Assembly (NCBI GenBank): GCA_965115865.1
Contig: OZ220469.1
Coordinates: 586,638 to 650,637 of the forward strand
Reading direction: 5' to 3'
DNA length: 64,000 nucleotides
Origin: Phototrophicaceae bacterium
Lineage (GTDB): Bacteria; Chloroflexota; Anaerolineae; Aggregatilineales; Phototrophicaceae
Numbering within the stretch: position 1 is the first letter of the stretch; every line of letters begins with the position of its first letter. Below the pieces are notes generated by a model, which did not search any database, had not been told where the DNA came from, and was given only the letters and a program-made list of their open reading frames with translations. Below, one piece after another: positions 8,926 to 17,537 of the stretch. The position numbers and the translations under genes were made by a program.

Positions 8926-9455
8926 CAGTTCGCGCTCGCGCTGGGCGAGGCTCCCGGCGCGGCGGCCTCAATCTCCGCTAGGTGTTCTTGCCAATGGTGC
9001 CAAAAATAGATTTGTGCCGCGCGCTCGATGGTGCTCCATTCCTCAGAACGCGCCAACCAAACCGCCGTGCTCAGCTTCGCCAGGGGGATATCCGCCACGA
9101 ATTGGCAAAGGCGCTCGGTATGTTGGTCGATGCGGCCGAGAGTGGTTTCGATGGGGGTGCGCGAGAAAAAACGACGCTGCCAATCGTTCAGGCGATCCAA
9201 TTGTTCTGCCGAGAAGCGCGGTCGGATGCCGACCAGCGCCGCTTGCAATTGCCAGCGACCCAGAGTATCCAGGGCGTGCAGGTGCGCGAGGGTGGCGGCG
9301 ATGGTCCAACCATCATCTTTGGGTGGATTTTCTTCACGCGGATATCGACGGGCGATTTCACAAGCGCGCTGGCGTATTTGGCGAATCGCTTCTTGGAGGC
9401 GCTCACGCTCTGGTTGGTCGTCGAGGTAAATCCAATTCATTTCCGAGATGATCAT
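8925..9455 (-). CDS. DinB/ClbS-like four-helix-bundle protein
   Basis: W-T-I-A-A-T-L-A-H-L-H and F-W-H-H-W-Q-E-H His-rich helices. About 176 aa from ATG 9455; the ORF also opens at ATG 9539, which would overlap the upstream gene by 62 nt. Confidence 0.4.
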   Translation of the reverse strand: MIISEMNWIYLDDQPERERLQEAIRQIRQRACEIARRYPREENPPKDDGWTIAATLAHLHALDTLGRWQLQAALVGIRPRFSAEQLDRLNDWQRRFFSRTPIETTLGRIDQHTERLCQFVADIPLAKLSTAVWLARSEEWSTIERAAQIYFWHHWQEHLAEIEAAAPGASPSASAN

Positions 9456-9477
9456 GTTGGTGAGCCGGCCTTCATCT

Positions 9478-10530
9478 TCATTCCCCGCCTTCTTGACAAA
9501 GGATGGTTTGCGGAAACCAGCTGGGGTAGAGGTTGTCATGCTCGCCGGCGGTCAAGGCTAGCCCCGTGTTTTCCCCTTCTTTCATTTCATATAGATGCCA
9601 ATGACCGCTCTCGTTGCTGGCATAAACGCGCGTTTTACCATCTGGCGAGAGGGCGGCGCCACCGGCGAAACTCTCCCCCGCGGCCAACTCATGCAGGTCA
9701 CGACCATCGGGGCGGATGAGGTAGAGGCGTAGATTACCACTAGCCAAACCCTCAGCGCGCTCGGAGAAGAAAGCGAGCCATTCGCCATCCAATGACCAGA
9801 ATGGTGCAAAATCCGCCGCAGGGTGTTGGGCCAAAGGTTGAATTTCGCCGCCCGAACGGGGTATCAGGTACAAGCCATTGTCACCATCGCGGTCGGAGAT
9901 GAAAGCGATGAGCGTGCCATCGGGTGAAACAGCGGGCATCCATTCGACTCCCGGAGCACCATCGCTGATTTGTTGAGTGCTTTCCACGGTTGTGGCGCTT
10001 TCCTCTTGCCCGCTTTCATAAGCGAAGATCTCCAGCTGGGCGAGCGGGTTGCGTAAGGACATGCCGATGCGAGCGATGGCGGCATCCGCGTCTTGAAACC
10101 AGCGCGCTGCCCAATCGATGCGCTCTTTGGCGAAGGTTGCGAGGGCAATTTTGACGATGTCTTGCGCGCCGAAAGCGGTCCGCTCACCTGTCTCCAGGTC
10201 CAGGATGGTCGCCAACTTGCTGTCCTCTGCCGTAGAAATGTAAAGCAAAGCTCGGCCATCGAAAGAGCTGGCTGGGAAGAGCTCGTGGGTGTCATTGCTG
10301 CTCGTGAGGTTGTGCAGGTTGCCGTCCTCTTCGAGGCAATGGATATCCCAGTTACCGCTACGATTGCTCATGAAGGCAATGGGTCCGTTGGGAAAACCGA
10401 GGGGAGGGGCTGGGGAAATCGCCAATTGGCGCCAGGCTCTCCAGCCAAGTAGCGCGATGAAGATGAGGAGGATGGAGGCGACAGCAAGCCACCAGCGCCG
10501 CTGACCATGAAGAGGGTGGTTGGGTTTCAT
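9478..10530 (-). CDS. TolB-like beta-propeller protein (PD40/WD40-like repeats) with N-terminal membrane anchor
   Basis: Repeated S(P)DG..(I/L)AF.S.R.G....L(Y/H) units (NRSGNWDIHCL, SPDGTLIAFISDRDGDNGLYLI, SLDGEWLAFFSER, SPDGKTRVYASNESGHWHLYEM). TM helix WWLAVASILLIFIALLGW. ATG 10530 is preceded by TATACT at 7 nt. Confidence 0.65.
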   Translation of the reverse strand: MKPNHPLHGQRRWWLAVASILLIFIALLGWRAWRQLAISPAPPLGFPNGPIAFMSNRSGNWDIHCLEEDGNLHNLTSSNDTHELFPASSFDGRALLYISTAEDSKLATILDLETGERTAFGAQDIVKIALATFAKERIDWAARWFQDADAAIARIGMSLRNPLAQLEIFAYESGQEESATTVESTQQISDGAPGVEWMPAVSPDGTLIAFISDRDGDNGLYLIPRSGGEIQPLAQHPAADFAPFWSLDGEWLAFFSERAEGLASGNLRLYLIRPDGRDLHELAAGESFAGGAALSPDGKTRVYASNESGHWHLYEMKEGENTGLALTAGEHDNLYPSWFPQTILCQEGGE

Positions 10531-10543
10531 AGCACCCAGTATA
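10531..10543 (-). promoter_or_regulatory. -10 box TATACT, 7 nt upstream of ATG 10530 (leaderless-type promoter of the tolB-like/dinB-like/dtd/sbcD unit)
   Basis: The minus strand reads GTTTATACTGGGTGCTATG. No SD. Confidence 0.4.
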
Positions 10544-10625
10544 AACGCTTGGAAGCGAGAATGTGGCGAAGTGGTCTGGTGGAGCAAGGATGGGTTCGGG
10601 CATTAAGAATCAGCCGGGATTGCGT

Positions 10626-10631
10626 TATAAT
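10626..10631 (+). promoter_or_regulatory. Candidate -10 box TATAAT for the 10671 gene
   Basis: TGCGTTATAATCTC, about 40 nt upstream of the ATG. The leader ends in the SD AGGGGGGAAG. Confidence 0.35.
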
Positions 10632-10670
10632 CTCGCCATTCATCGCTGATGCTATAAGATAGGGGGGAAG

Positions 10671-11075
10671 ATGGCGACATCTGCCCGCAGCTGGTTTTAT
10701 TCAACGCCTGAGCCGCGTCCTTATTACATTGAGGAGCGCGTTAACCATACGCTCTGGCGTCATCGCTTGCAAGGTGTATCGATGTCCTGCACAAGCGCGA
10801 CGGCGCCCATCCAGATGCAGGGTCGCTGGCGCGATATGCCCATCTTTTTCGAATGGCAACCGGGTCAATATTTTCGTTTGCTTAGCGGCGATGAATCGCG
10901 CGAGCTGATCGGTGTTCTTCGTCAGGTATTGATGACGCGGCCGAATTTTTCCTACATCGACGAAAGTGGGTTTTTCGTTGTCGAATGGCAATTGCAAGGC
11001 GCCGAAGAGCGCTGGGGTACATTGCGCAACGATCAATCTCTACGCAATTTGCAACAATTGCGCCCCATTTCTTGA
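10671..11075 (+). CDS. Hypothetical protein
   Basis: ATG is directly preceded by the SD AGGGGGGAAG, with a TATAAT box at 10626-10631. No motif recognised. Confidence 0.4.
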   Translation: MATSARSWFYSTPEPRPYYIEERVNHTLWRHRLQGVSMSCTSATAPIQMQGRWRDMPIFFEWQPGQYFRLLSGDESRELIGVLRQVLMTRPNFSYIDESGFFVVEWQLQGAEERWGTLRNDQSLRNLQQLRPIS

Positions 11076-11118
11076 TTCAGCTTGTCTTTCACGATTGGTT
11101 CCTAGAGAAGAGGATGAT

Positions 11119-11556
11119 ATGAAGGCCACAATCAAACTTCGTGAGGGTGCCCGCACCACCATCCGCATGCGTGGTTTCACGGTGCATATGGACGAGCCGC
11201 GCGATGTCGGCGGTGATGATAGCGCGCCCATGCCCACCGAGATGCTGGCCGGGTCGCTGGGTAGTTGCATGGCCATCACCGCCAAGATGTACGCTGAGCG
11301 GAAGGGTTGGCCGCTTGAGGGTGTTGATGTGGCGATTGAAATCGTGCGCTATCTGGCGGGTGATTACCCCAGCGCCGCCGGCCAGACCGGTTATGTCCAT
11401 GAGGTGCGCGAAGAGTTGACGCTGCATGGCCCGCTGGATGGCAAGCAACGCCAGCGCTTGTTGCAAATCGCACAGCGTTGTCCGGTCAGCCGTGCTTTGG
11501 GTACGCCTTCTTATTTCGTCGCTGAGCTCAAGGCCGGTGAGGGCGCAAAAGATTGA
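11119..11556 (+). CDS. OsmC/Ohr family peroxiredoxin-like protein
   Basis: Internal ATG 11119 with SD GAAGAGGA. P-T-E-M-L-A-G-S-L-G-S-C-M and Q-R-C-P-V-S carry the two conserved OsmC cysteines. Confidence 0.8.
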   Translation: MKATIKLREGARTTIRMRGFTVHMDEPRDVGGDDSAPMPTEMLAGSLGSCMAITAKMYAERKGWPLEGVDVAIEIVRYLAGDYPSAAGQTGYVHEVREELTLHGPLDGKQRQRLLQIAQRCPVSRALGTPSYFVAELKAGEGAKD

Positions 11557-11617
11557 TTGGCCCTATTCTGGTTGATGAGGTAGCGCGATTTCCGAAGCCT
11601 ATCACCTGAGCGAAGAC

Positions 11618-12187
11618 TTGGCACAAGCGGCGCGCATGGCGAAGGCCTTGATACCCTTCGTCTATGAGGAGCGCCTCACGCTCCCGCTCTTTGGTGGTGC
11701 CTTCGCCCGCGAAGGGCGCGCTCAACCGCAATTATCTTTAGGCGAATTTTTGCTGCGGCGAAGACGCTTGTCCATACTGCTGGCCGATGGGGGCGACAAC
11801 GCGCAGCGAGAAGGGCTGGCGGCGGTCATCGCGCAGCAGGAAGCGGTCTACCGCGAGTGGGGTTTGCATTATCAACGCAAGTTGCGCGCCGAGTTGGATT
11901 GGCGTGCGCGCTTGATGATTACCGCTTTGCGGGAAAGGCGCGAAGAGGGTGGTCAGTTGAGTGGTTTTGGCGCGGAAGCCAGACGCCGCAGCCTGGCACA
12001 AGAGTTGCTGCTCGAGATGCGTCGATGCGGTTTCTCCGAAGACGAGCAGCATTCGCGGCGGAAGCTGGCGGAAATTGACGGCGAATTGCGCTCGCGCACT
12101 TTACCCGCGCCCTTCTGTTGGGATGCGCTCTTGCAAGTTTGTTATCCGCGAGAAGAATTTTGGTGGCTGTACGCGCTGGCGCGTTGA
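11618..12187 (+). CDS. Hypothetical protein, translationally coupled to thpR
   Basis: Arg/Glu-rich helical protein with no motif recognised. Its stop TGA 12185-12187 overlaps the TTG start of the next gene. Alternative ATG at 11636. Confidence 0.4.
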   Translation: MAQAARMAKALIPFVYEERLTLPLFGGAFAREGRAQPQLSLGEFLLRRRRLSILLADGGDNAQREGLAAVIAQQEAVYREWGLHYQRKLRAELDWRARLMITALRERREEGGQLSGFGAEARRRSLAQELLLEMRRCGFSEDEQHSRRKLAEIDGELRSRTLPAPFCWDALLQVCYPREEFWWLYALAR

Positions 12188-12762
12188 GACTATTCGTCGC
12201 CTTGGAGTTGGCTGCGGCGCAGCGAAAGGCGTTGGCGGCCATTCCTGCGGCGTTGCCGATGAGCCCGAAACGCCTGCGCCGCGTCAAAGAAGACAACCTG
12301 CACCTCACCCTGTGTTTTCTGGGGGATTGGCCGGAGGGGCGCTTGGCGGCATTGCGCTCCGTCCTCGCGAGTGTGCGGACGGACGCATTCCTGCTGCACC
12401 CTCGCGGGTTGGGAATTTTCCCCAAGCGCGGTCCGGCGCGTGTGCTTTGGGCGGGGTTGAAACGAGAAGAGAAACTTTTCGATTGCCAGCAGGCGGTCGC
12501 GGCAGCTTTGTCGACGCTCGGTTTTGCCGAGCAACGCTCCTTTGCGCCGCATATCACCCTGGCGCGCTTCCGCCAGCCGCTGGCATCTGCCCAATTGGGG
12601 GCATGGCTCACCGCGCGCTTGGGCTGGCGCGGCCCGGCGGCGCCGGCGCGACATTTCACCCTTTTCGCCAGCGAGCTAGGCCGGGGCCAAGCCAAGTATC
12701 GCTTGGTGGAACGCTTCGCCTTGGCGGGAAATGCCTTGGCCGAAAGCGCTGACCAGCGCTAA
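12184..12762 (+). CDS. thpR: RNA 2',3'-cyclic phosphodiesterase (2H phosphoesterase, LigT/ThpR)
   Basis: Two H-x-T-x motifs: H-L-T-L-C-F-L-G and H-I-T-L-A-R-F. TTG 12184 was chosen because of the TTGA overlap with the upstream stop; the ORF opens at 12118. Confidence 0.8.
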   Translation: MRLFVALELAAAQRKALAAIPAALPMSPKRLRRVKEDNLHLTLCFLGDWPEGRLAALRSVLASVRTDAFLLHPRGLGIFPKRGPARVLWAGLKREEKLFDCQQAVAAALSTLGFAEQRSFAPHITLARFRQPLASAQLGAWLTARLGWRGPAAPARHFTLFASELGRGQAKYRLVERFALAGNALAESADQR

Positions 12763-12766
12763 TCGC

Positions 12767-12772
12767 TACAAT
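12767..12772 (+). promoter_or_regulatory. -10 box TACAAT, 6 nt upstream of ATG 12779 (leaderless-type promoter of the GT2 gene)
   Basis: GCTACAATGCCACTATG, starting 5 nt after the thpR stop. Confidence 0.4.
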
Positions 12773-12778
12773 GCCACT

Positions 12779-13531
12779 ATGGATGTTGTGTCAAATCCCT
12801 TGCGCGCCCTATGGAGCGCCGACTTTGTACCGCGCGCCGATTTGCCGCTCAGCGTACTCATCCCTTGCTATAACGAAAAGGCTACGGTCGAAATGGTGGT
12901 GCGCCGCGTCTTGGCGACGGGGTTGGCGAGCGAAATCATCATCGTCGACGATGGTTCGACGGATGGCACACGCGAAATTTTGCGGCGGTTGGCGGGCGAG
13001 GGCATTCCGCAATTGCGGGTACATTTCGCTGAAAGCAATCAGGGCAAGGGCGCGGCATTGCGACAAGGCATCGCCCTAGCGACCGGCGCAATCCTCATCG
13101 TTCAGGATGCCGATTTGGAATATGACCCGCGCGACTACCCCCTTTTGCTGAAACCCTTGCATGAGGGCATCGCGCGGGTGGTTTATGGCTCGCGCTTCCT
13201 GGGCGGGCCGCGCAAAGCGATGAATTTTTGGAATATGGTCGCCAATAAATTGCTCACGCTCCAGACCAATGTGCTCTACAATGCGATCCTCAGTGATATG
13301 GAGACCTGTTACAAGGCATTCCGTCGTGAAGTGGTGGAGGGTATGCACCTCAGGGCAAACGGCTTTGATTTTGAACCGGAATTCACCGCCAAAGTACTCA
13401 AGCAGGGCATCCGCATCTATGAAGTGCCGATTTCTTATAATGGCCGCGAATGGAGCGAGGGCAAGAAAATCGCCTGGACGGATGCCTTCATCGCTACCTG
13501 GGTGCTCCTGCGTTGCCGTTTTTTCGATTGA
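12779..13531 (+). CDS. Family 2 glycosyltransferase (polyprenol-phosphate sugar transferase-like)
   Basis: LSVLIPCYNE, IIIVDDGSTDGT, DADLEYDP (DxD). ATG 12779 lies 6 nt downstream of TACAAT. Confidence 0.8.
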   Translation: MDVVSNPLRALWSADFVPRADLPLSVLIPCYNEKATVEMVVRRVLATGLASEIIIVDDGSTDGTREILRRLAGEGIPQLRVHFAESNQGKGAALRQGIALATGAILIVQDADLEYDPRDYPLLLKPLHEGIARVVYGSRFLGGPRKAMNFWNMVANKLLTLQTNVLYNAILSDMETCYKAFRREVVEGMHLRANGFDFEPEFTAKVLKQGIRIYEVPISYNGREWSEGKKIAWTDAFIATWVLLRCRFFD

Positions 13532-13552
13532 AGGTTGGCGATAGCGGGGAAA

Positions 13553-14692
13553 ATGGCCAAGACGCTGGCGAGTACACCGCGCGCTGACGGCTTTTATATG
13601 CCGGCGGAATTCGAGACACACGAGGCTTGCTGGCTGCTTTGGCCGGAGCGCACCGATGTCTGGCGCGCTGGCGCCAAGCCCGCGCAACGGGTTTTCGCCA
13701 AAGTCGCTGGGGCCATCGCCGCCTGCGAAGCGGTCACGGTGGGTGTTTCGGCCGCGCAATTTCGCCACGCACGCACGGTTTTGCCAGAAAACATACGCGT
13801 CGTTGAATTGAGCGCTGACGATGCCTGGATACGCGATTGCGGTCCAACTTTCTTGCGCAACCGCGAGGGGGAAATTCGCGGTGTGGATTGGCAATTCAAT
13901 GCTTGGGGTGGCCTGCGCGAAGGCGCTTATTTCCCCTGGGACCGAGATGAGCTGGTCGCGCGCAAGGTCTTGGAAATTGAAGGTTTGCCGCGCTACGAAG
14001 CGCCCTTGGTCTTGGAAGGTGGCAGCATCCATAGCGATGGCCAGGGGACGCTATTGACCACCGAATCTTGTTTGCTGAATGAGAATCGCAACTCGCACCT
14101 CCGGCGAGCGCAAATTGAGGCGTATTTGCGCGATTATCTCGGCGCGGAGCGCGTCATTTGGCTACCAGCTGGGCTTTCGGGCGATGAAACGGATGGCCAT
14201 GTGGATAATCTCGCTTGTTTCTTGGCGCCGGGGCAAGTAGCCTTGGCTTGGGAAAAGGATGAAAAAACCGCCAACGGCGCCATCACGCGCGCCGCCGCCG
14301 AGCTGCTCTCGCGAGAACGAGACGCGCGCGGGCGGTCGCTGCAAATCCATCTCATCCCTTTACCGCCAACCCAGCGGATGACCGCGAGAGAAGCGGCAGG
14401 CATCGATCGTGTCAGCCATGCGCGACCGCGACCGACGGGGCAGGAATTGGTCGCCTCCTATGTGAATTTCTATTTCGCCAATGGTGCTTGCATCGTCCCG
14501 ACCTTTGCCGTTGAGCAAGATGAGAGCGTTTTGCGGCAGCTCGCGGAGATTTGCCCTGGGCGGCGCATCGTCGACATCCCCAGCCGCGAAATTTTGCTCG
14601 GTGGTGGCAACATCCATTGCATCACCCAGCAACAACCAGCGGCGCGCCGAGAGGTTGCGGCAACCCGTAGCGAGGAAGTGGGCACGAGTTGA
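13553..14692 (+). CDS. aguA: Agmatine deiminase
   Basis: GFYMPAEFE.H..CWLLWP, DDAWIRD.GP.F, EGGSIH.DG.GT..TTE.CLLN..RN, GHVDN, and the C-terminal catalytic GGGNIHCITQQQP. Confidence 0.85.
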   Translation: MAKTLASTPRADGFYMPAEFETHEACWLLWPERTDVWRAGAKPAQRVFAKVAGAIAACEAVTVGVSAAQFRHARTVLPENIRVVELSADDAWIRDCGPTFLRNREGEIRGVDWQFNAWGGLREGAYFPWDRDELVARKVLEIEGLPRYEAPLVLEGGSIHSDGQGTLLTTESCLLNENRNSHLRRAQIEAYLRDYLGAERVIWLPAGLSGDETDGHVDNLACFLAPGQVALAWEKDEKTANGAITRAAAELLSRERDARGRSLQIHLIPLPPTQRMTAREAAGIDRVSHARPRPTGQELVASYVNFYFANGACIVPTFAVEQDESVLRQLAEICPGRRIVDIPSREILLGGGNIHCITQQQPAARREVAATRSEEVGTS

Positions 14693-14806
14693 CCGGCCCG
14701 CGCGTTCTTCCGGTCGTCGACGCAGCCAGCGCAGCGCACCTCCGTCACCCAGGGCAGGGGAGATTGGCGCCAACGCGCGGGTTTTTTGTCGCTCGTCAGC
14801 CTTCGC

Positions 14807-14836
14807 TTGCAGCACTCACCCTTTTTGTGTTACACT
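14807..14836 (+). promoter_or_regulatory. Sigma-70-like promoter TTGCAG-N18-TACACT with extended -10 (TGTTACACT)
   Basis: CTTGCAGCACTCACCCTTTTTGTGTTACACTAAT, about 85 nt upstream of the CNNM/CorC gene. Confidence 0.45.
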
Positions 14837-14920
14837 AATCTCAATTGTTGGTTTCATTTACCGCCCATTCGTGGACGAAGATCCCTCCTCAGCCGATTCC
14901 GATAGACCGAGCATAAAAGC

Positions 14921-16261
14921 ATGAGCGCCTGGGCGATCGCTCTCTTGCTTTTGGTTGCGCAGGCTTGGGTGACGCTGGCACAGGCGGCCTTGAATAACGC
15001 CTTGTTGCCGCGCAATGGCAACAGCAATGGCGAGGAGGCGCAGGGCCGCGGTCATTCCGCTCTCGCGAGTCTGCGCAAGCAACCGCGGCGCGCGCAACTC
15101 ACCGCACAATTGAGCAACACGGTGATATTCTTTGCTTGGGCGGCATTGGGTGTAAGCCAAATCGCTGCCCCTTTGGCCATACAATATCCGGCCTTGCCGG
15201 CAGTCGTCTGGCAGGCCCTGGTGCTATTTTTGGTGGCCATGGGGATACTGGTGCTCGGTGTTCTTGTGCCAGAGGCCATCGGCAGCGCGCATGCCACGAC
15301 GCTCGTGCCCTGGTTGGCGGGCCCCTATCGTTGGTGGGTTCGTATCTTGAGCCCATTGACGGGCATCACCTTGGGCCTCAGCCGTTGGCTCTCGGCGCTC
15401 TTCCGCAGTAGCGCTGCCGTCAGCGCGGTCACCGAGGCGGAAATCCTCTCACTGGTCGCCGCCGGCCAACAAGACGGCACCATCGAAGACCAGGAACGGG
15501 CCATGATTTCCTCAGTATTGCGCTTGGACGAGACGACAGCGCGCGAGGTCATGGTGCCGCGTATCGACATCGTCGCGATTGACATCAACGCGTCGCTCGC
15601 CGATGCCTTGCAATTGTTCATGAAAAGCGGCCATTCGCGCTTGCCGGTCTATGAGGGTGATGTTGACCACATCCATGGGCTTCTCTATGTGAAAGACTTG
15701 CTGGCGTTATTGCAGGTGGGGAAGGGGGAAGCTTCCATCGCCGATAGCATGCGCTCGGCCATCTTCGTCCCAGAAACGAAGCGTGCGGATGAGCTGTTGG
15801 CGGAATTGCGGCGTGCCAAGGTGCATATCGCCGTCGTTGTCGATGAGTATGGTGGTACCGCCGGCCTCGTGACCATCGAGAATGTCATCGAGGAGATTGT
15901 TGGCGATATCCGCGACGAATACGATATCCATGAAGAAGCCGATTATGTGCGTCTGGCCGCGGATGAATACGAGATTGACGCCAGTATGGACTTGGATGAC
16001 CTGAATCACTTGTTGGAAGTGGAATTGCCAACGGAGGGCTCCGACACCTTGGGCGGTTATATCTATAGCGTGCTGGGTCGCATCCCAGAAGTGCAGGAGG
16101 TGGTCGAGACGGGGGACTTGCGCTTGACGGTGATGAGTATAGATGGGCGGCGCATCCGCAAGGTGCATGCATCGCGCTTGGCGGCTGATGCGGGCGCGGC
16201 TGAGGTGAGCGATGATCGGTTAGGGGGAGAGCGCGGTGATGAGCGAAGCATGGGAGAATGA
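14921..16261 (+). CDS. CNNM/HlyC/CorC family transporter (DUF21 + CBS pair + CorC_HlyC domain)
   Basis: N-terminal TM region. E.E....V.RLDE..ARE.M.PR, then the CBS pair (HSRLPVYEG..D.I.G.LY.KDLL), DEYGGTAGLVT.EN..EEIVGDI.DE, and a C-terminal transporter-associated domain. Confidence 0.8.
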   Translation: MSAWAIALLLLVAQAWVTLAQAALNNALLPRNGNSNGEEAQGRGHSALASLRKQPRRAQLTAQLSNTVIFFAWAALGVSQIAAPLAIQYPALPAVVWQALVLFLVAMGILVLGVLVPEAIGSAHATTLVPWLAGPYRWWVRILSPLTGITLGLSRWLSALFRSSAAVSAVTEAEILSLVAAGQQDGTIEDQERAMISSVLRLDETTAREVMVPRIDIVAIDINASLADALQLFMKSGHSRLPVYEGDVDHIHGLLYVKDLLALLQVGKGEASIADSMRSAIFVPETKRADELLAELRRAKVHIAVVVDEYGGTAGLVTIENVIEEIVGDIRDEYDIHEEADYVRLAADEYEIDASMDLDDLNHLLEVELPTEGSDTLGGYIYSVLGRIPEVQEVVETGDLRLTVMSIDGRRIRKVHASRLAADAGAAEVSDDRLGGERGDERSMGE

Positions 16262-16667
16262 GGCGCCATGGTCGACCGCCGATGAGGCTTTGGTGCGGGC
16301 GGCAATTGCGGCGCGCGCGCGCGCTTACGCCCCTTATTCGAACTATGCCGTCGGCGCCGCTTTATGCGCCACTGATGGGCAGATTTTCAGTGGTTGCAAT
16401 GTGGAAAACGCCGCTTATCCCTCGACGATATGCGCCGAGCGGACGGCCTTGGTGAAAGCAGTGAGCGAAGGCCAGCGCGAATTCTTGAGCATCGCGGTCG
16501 TCGCGAGCGGTGGTGGCGGGCCCTGTGGCGCTTGCCGACAGATGCTCTATGAATTTGCTCCGCGGTTGCGCGTCTTGATGGCGAACCCGAGCGGGCGGGT
16601 CTTGCTCGAAGCCCGTTTGGATGAATTATTGCCACATGGGTTTGGCCCGGCCGAGTTGCGCGGATAA
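16239..16667 (+). CDS. cdd: Cytidine deaminase
   Basis: Zinc motifs C-A-E-R-T-A and P-C-G-A-C-R-Q. SD GGGGGAGAG lies upstream. The ORF overlaps the end of the preceding gene. Confidence 0.85.
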   Translation: MSEAWENEAPWSTADEALVRAAIAARARAYAPYSNYAVGAALCATDGQIFSGCNVENAAYPSTICAERTALVKAVSEGQREFLSIAVVASGGGGPCGACRQMLYEFAPRLRVLMANPSGRVLLEARLDELLPHGFGPAELRG

Positions 16668-16671
16668 GGAT

Positions 16672-17514
16672 ATGGCCGCATCCCAAGCCGCGAATGGTGG
16701 AGGGCGGCGGCGCGCCCGTTCCTTCCGCAGCGCCGCGCTCATCCTCAAGCGCCGCAATTTCGCTGAGGCCGATCGCTTCCTGACCATCTTCACGCCGCGC
16801 CATGGCAAACTGGGAGTGCTGGCCCCCGGCACGCGTAAATTCACCAGTCGCAAGAGCGGCCATCTCGAATTGCTCATGCATAGCGAGTTGCTTTTGCGCC
16901 AGGGGCGCACTTTTTGCATCGTCCAACAAGCGGAGATGATCGAGGCCTTTCCGCGCTTGCGCGAAGATTTGCTGCGCGGCGCCTATGGCCTGTATATCGC
17001 CGATTTGTTGGACAATTTCTTCCTCGGGGAGGAAGATGGTGAACAAACAGCTTTTTTTGCCACAACGCTGGCGGCCCTGCAAGCGCTTTGCGACGATCGT
17101 GACGCCCGCCTGGTCTTGCGTCATTATGAATTGCAATTGTTGGCTATCGTTGGCTTTCGACCGGAATTGACTCGCTGTTTGGTCACCGGATCGAAGTTGG
17201 CGGCGCGCGATCATTTTTTCAGCAAAGAGGCCGGCGGCGTCCTCAGCTGGGCGGGTCGGGCACAATTCGGCGACGCCAGGCCCATTTCTTTGGAGATGCT
17301 GAAACTGCTGCGTTACCTACAGCGCACCCCCTATTCTCGTGTGAAATCCCTACAAGTTTCTGCTAGACTGCATGCGGCAACCGAAGCTTTGATGCAGGGA
17401 TTCATCGCTTCCCTCCTAGAGCGGCGCTTGGCGAGCGTGCGTTTCTTGGATGACTTGCAGCGGCGGATGCGCCAAGCCATCGATGCTCAAGCGCCACCGC
17501 CAATACGCCACTAG
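16672..17514 (+). CDS. recO: DNA repair protein RecO
   Basis: S..A.ILKRRNF.EADR.LT.FT...GK......G.RK..S...G.LE N-terminal OB fold pattern and the length are typical of RecO. The ATG follows 5 nt after the cdd stop. Confidence 0.8.
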   Translation: MAASQAANGGGRRRARSFRSAALILKRRNFAEADRFLTIFTPRHGKLGVLAPGTRKFTSRKSGHLELLMHSELLLRQGRTFCIVQQAEMIEAFPRLREDLLRGAYGLYIADLLDNFFLGEEDGEQTAFFATTLAALQALCDDRDARLVLRHYELQLLAIVGFRPELTRCLVTGSKLAARDHFFSKEAGGVLSWAGRAQFGDARPISLEMLKLLRYLQRTPYSRVKSLQVSARLHAATEALMQGFIASLLERRLASVRFLDDLQRRMRQAIDAQAPPPIRH

Positions 17515-17537
17515 ACCGAAGCAACGCAGGAGCCAGG

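Noticed and set aside
13529-13555. The GT2 gene and aguA are in the same frame across TGA 13529-13531.
   Set aside because: Both proteins are complete on their own. aguA has its own SD and ATG at 13553. There is no functional residue at the stop position.
14691-14788. Long-range pairing CCCGCGCG (14697) with CGCGCGGG (14774), followed by T6. This could be an aguA terminator.
   Set aside because: The arms are 69 nt apart with no clear internal structure. The local hairpin GACCGG/CCGGTC (14691-14715) has no U-tract. It is too uncertain to annotate.
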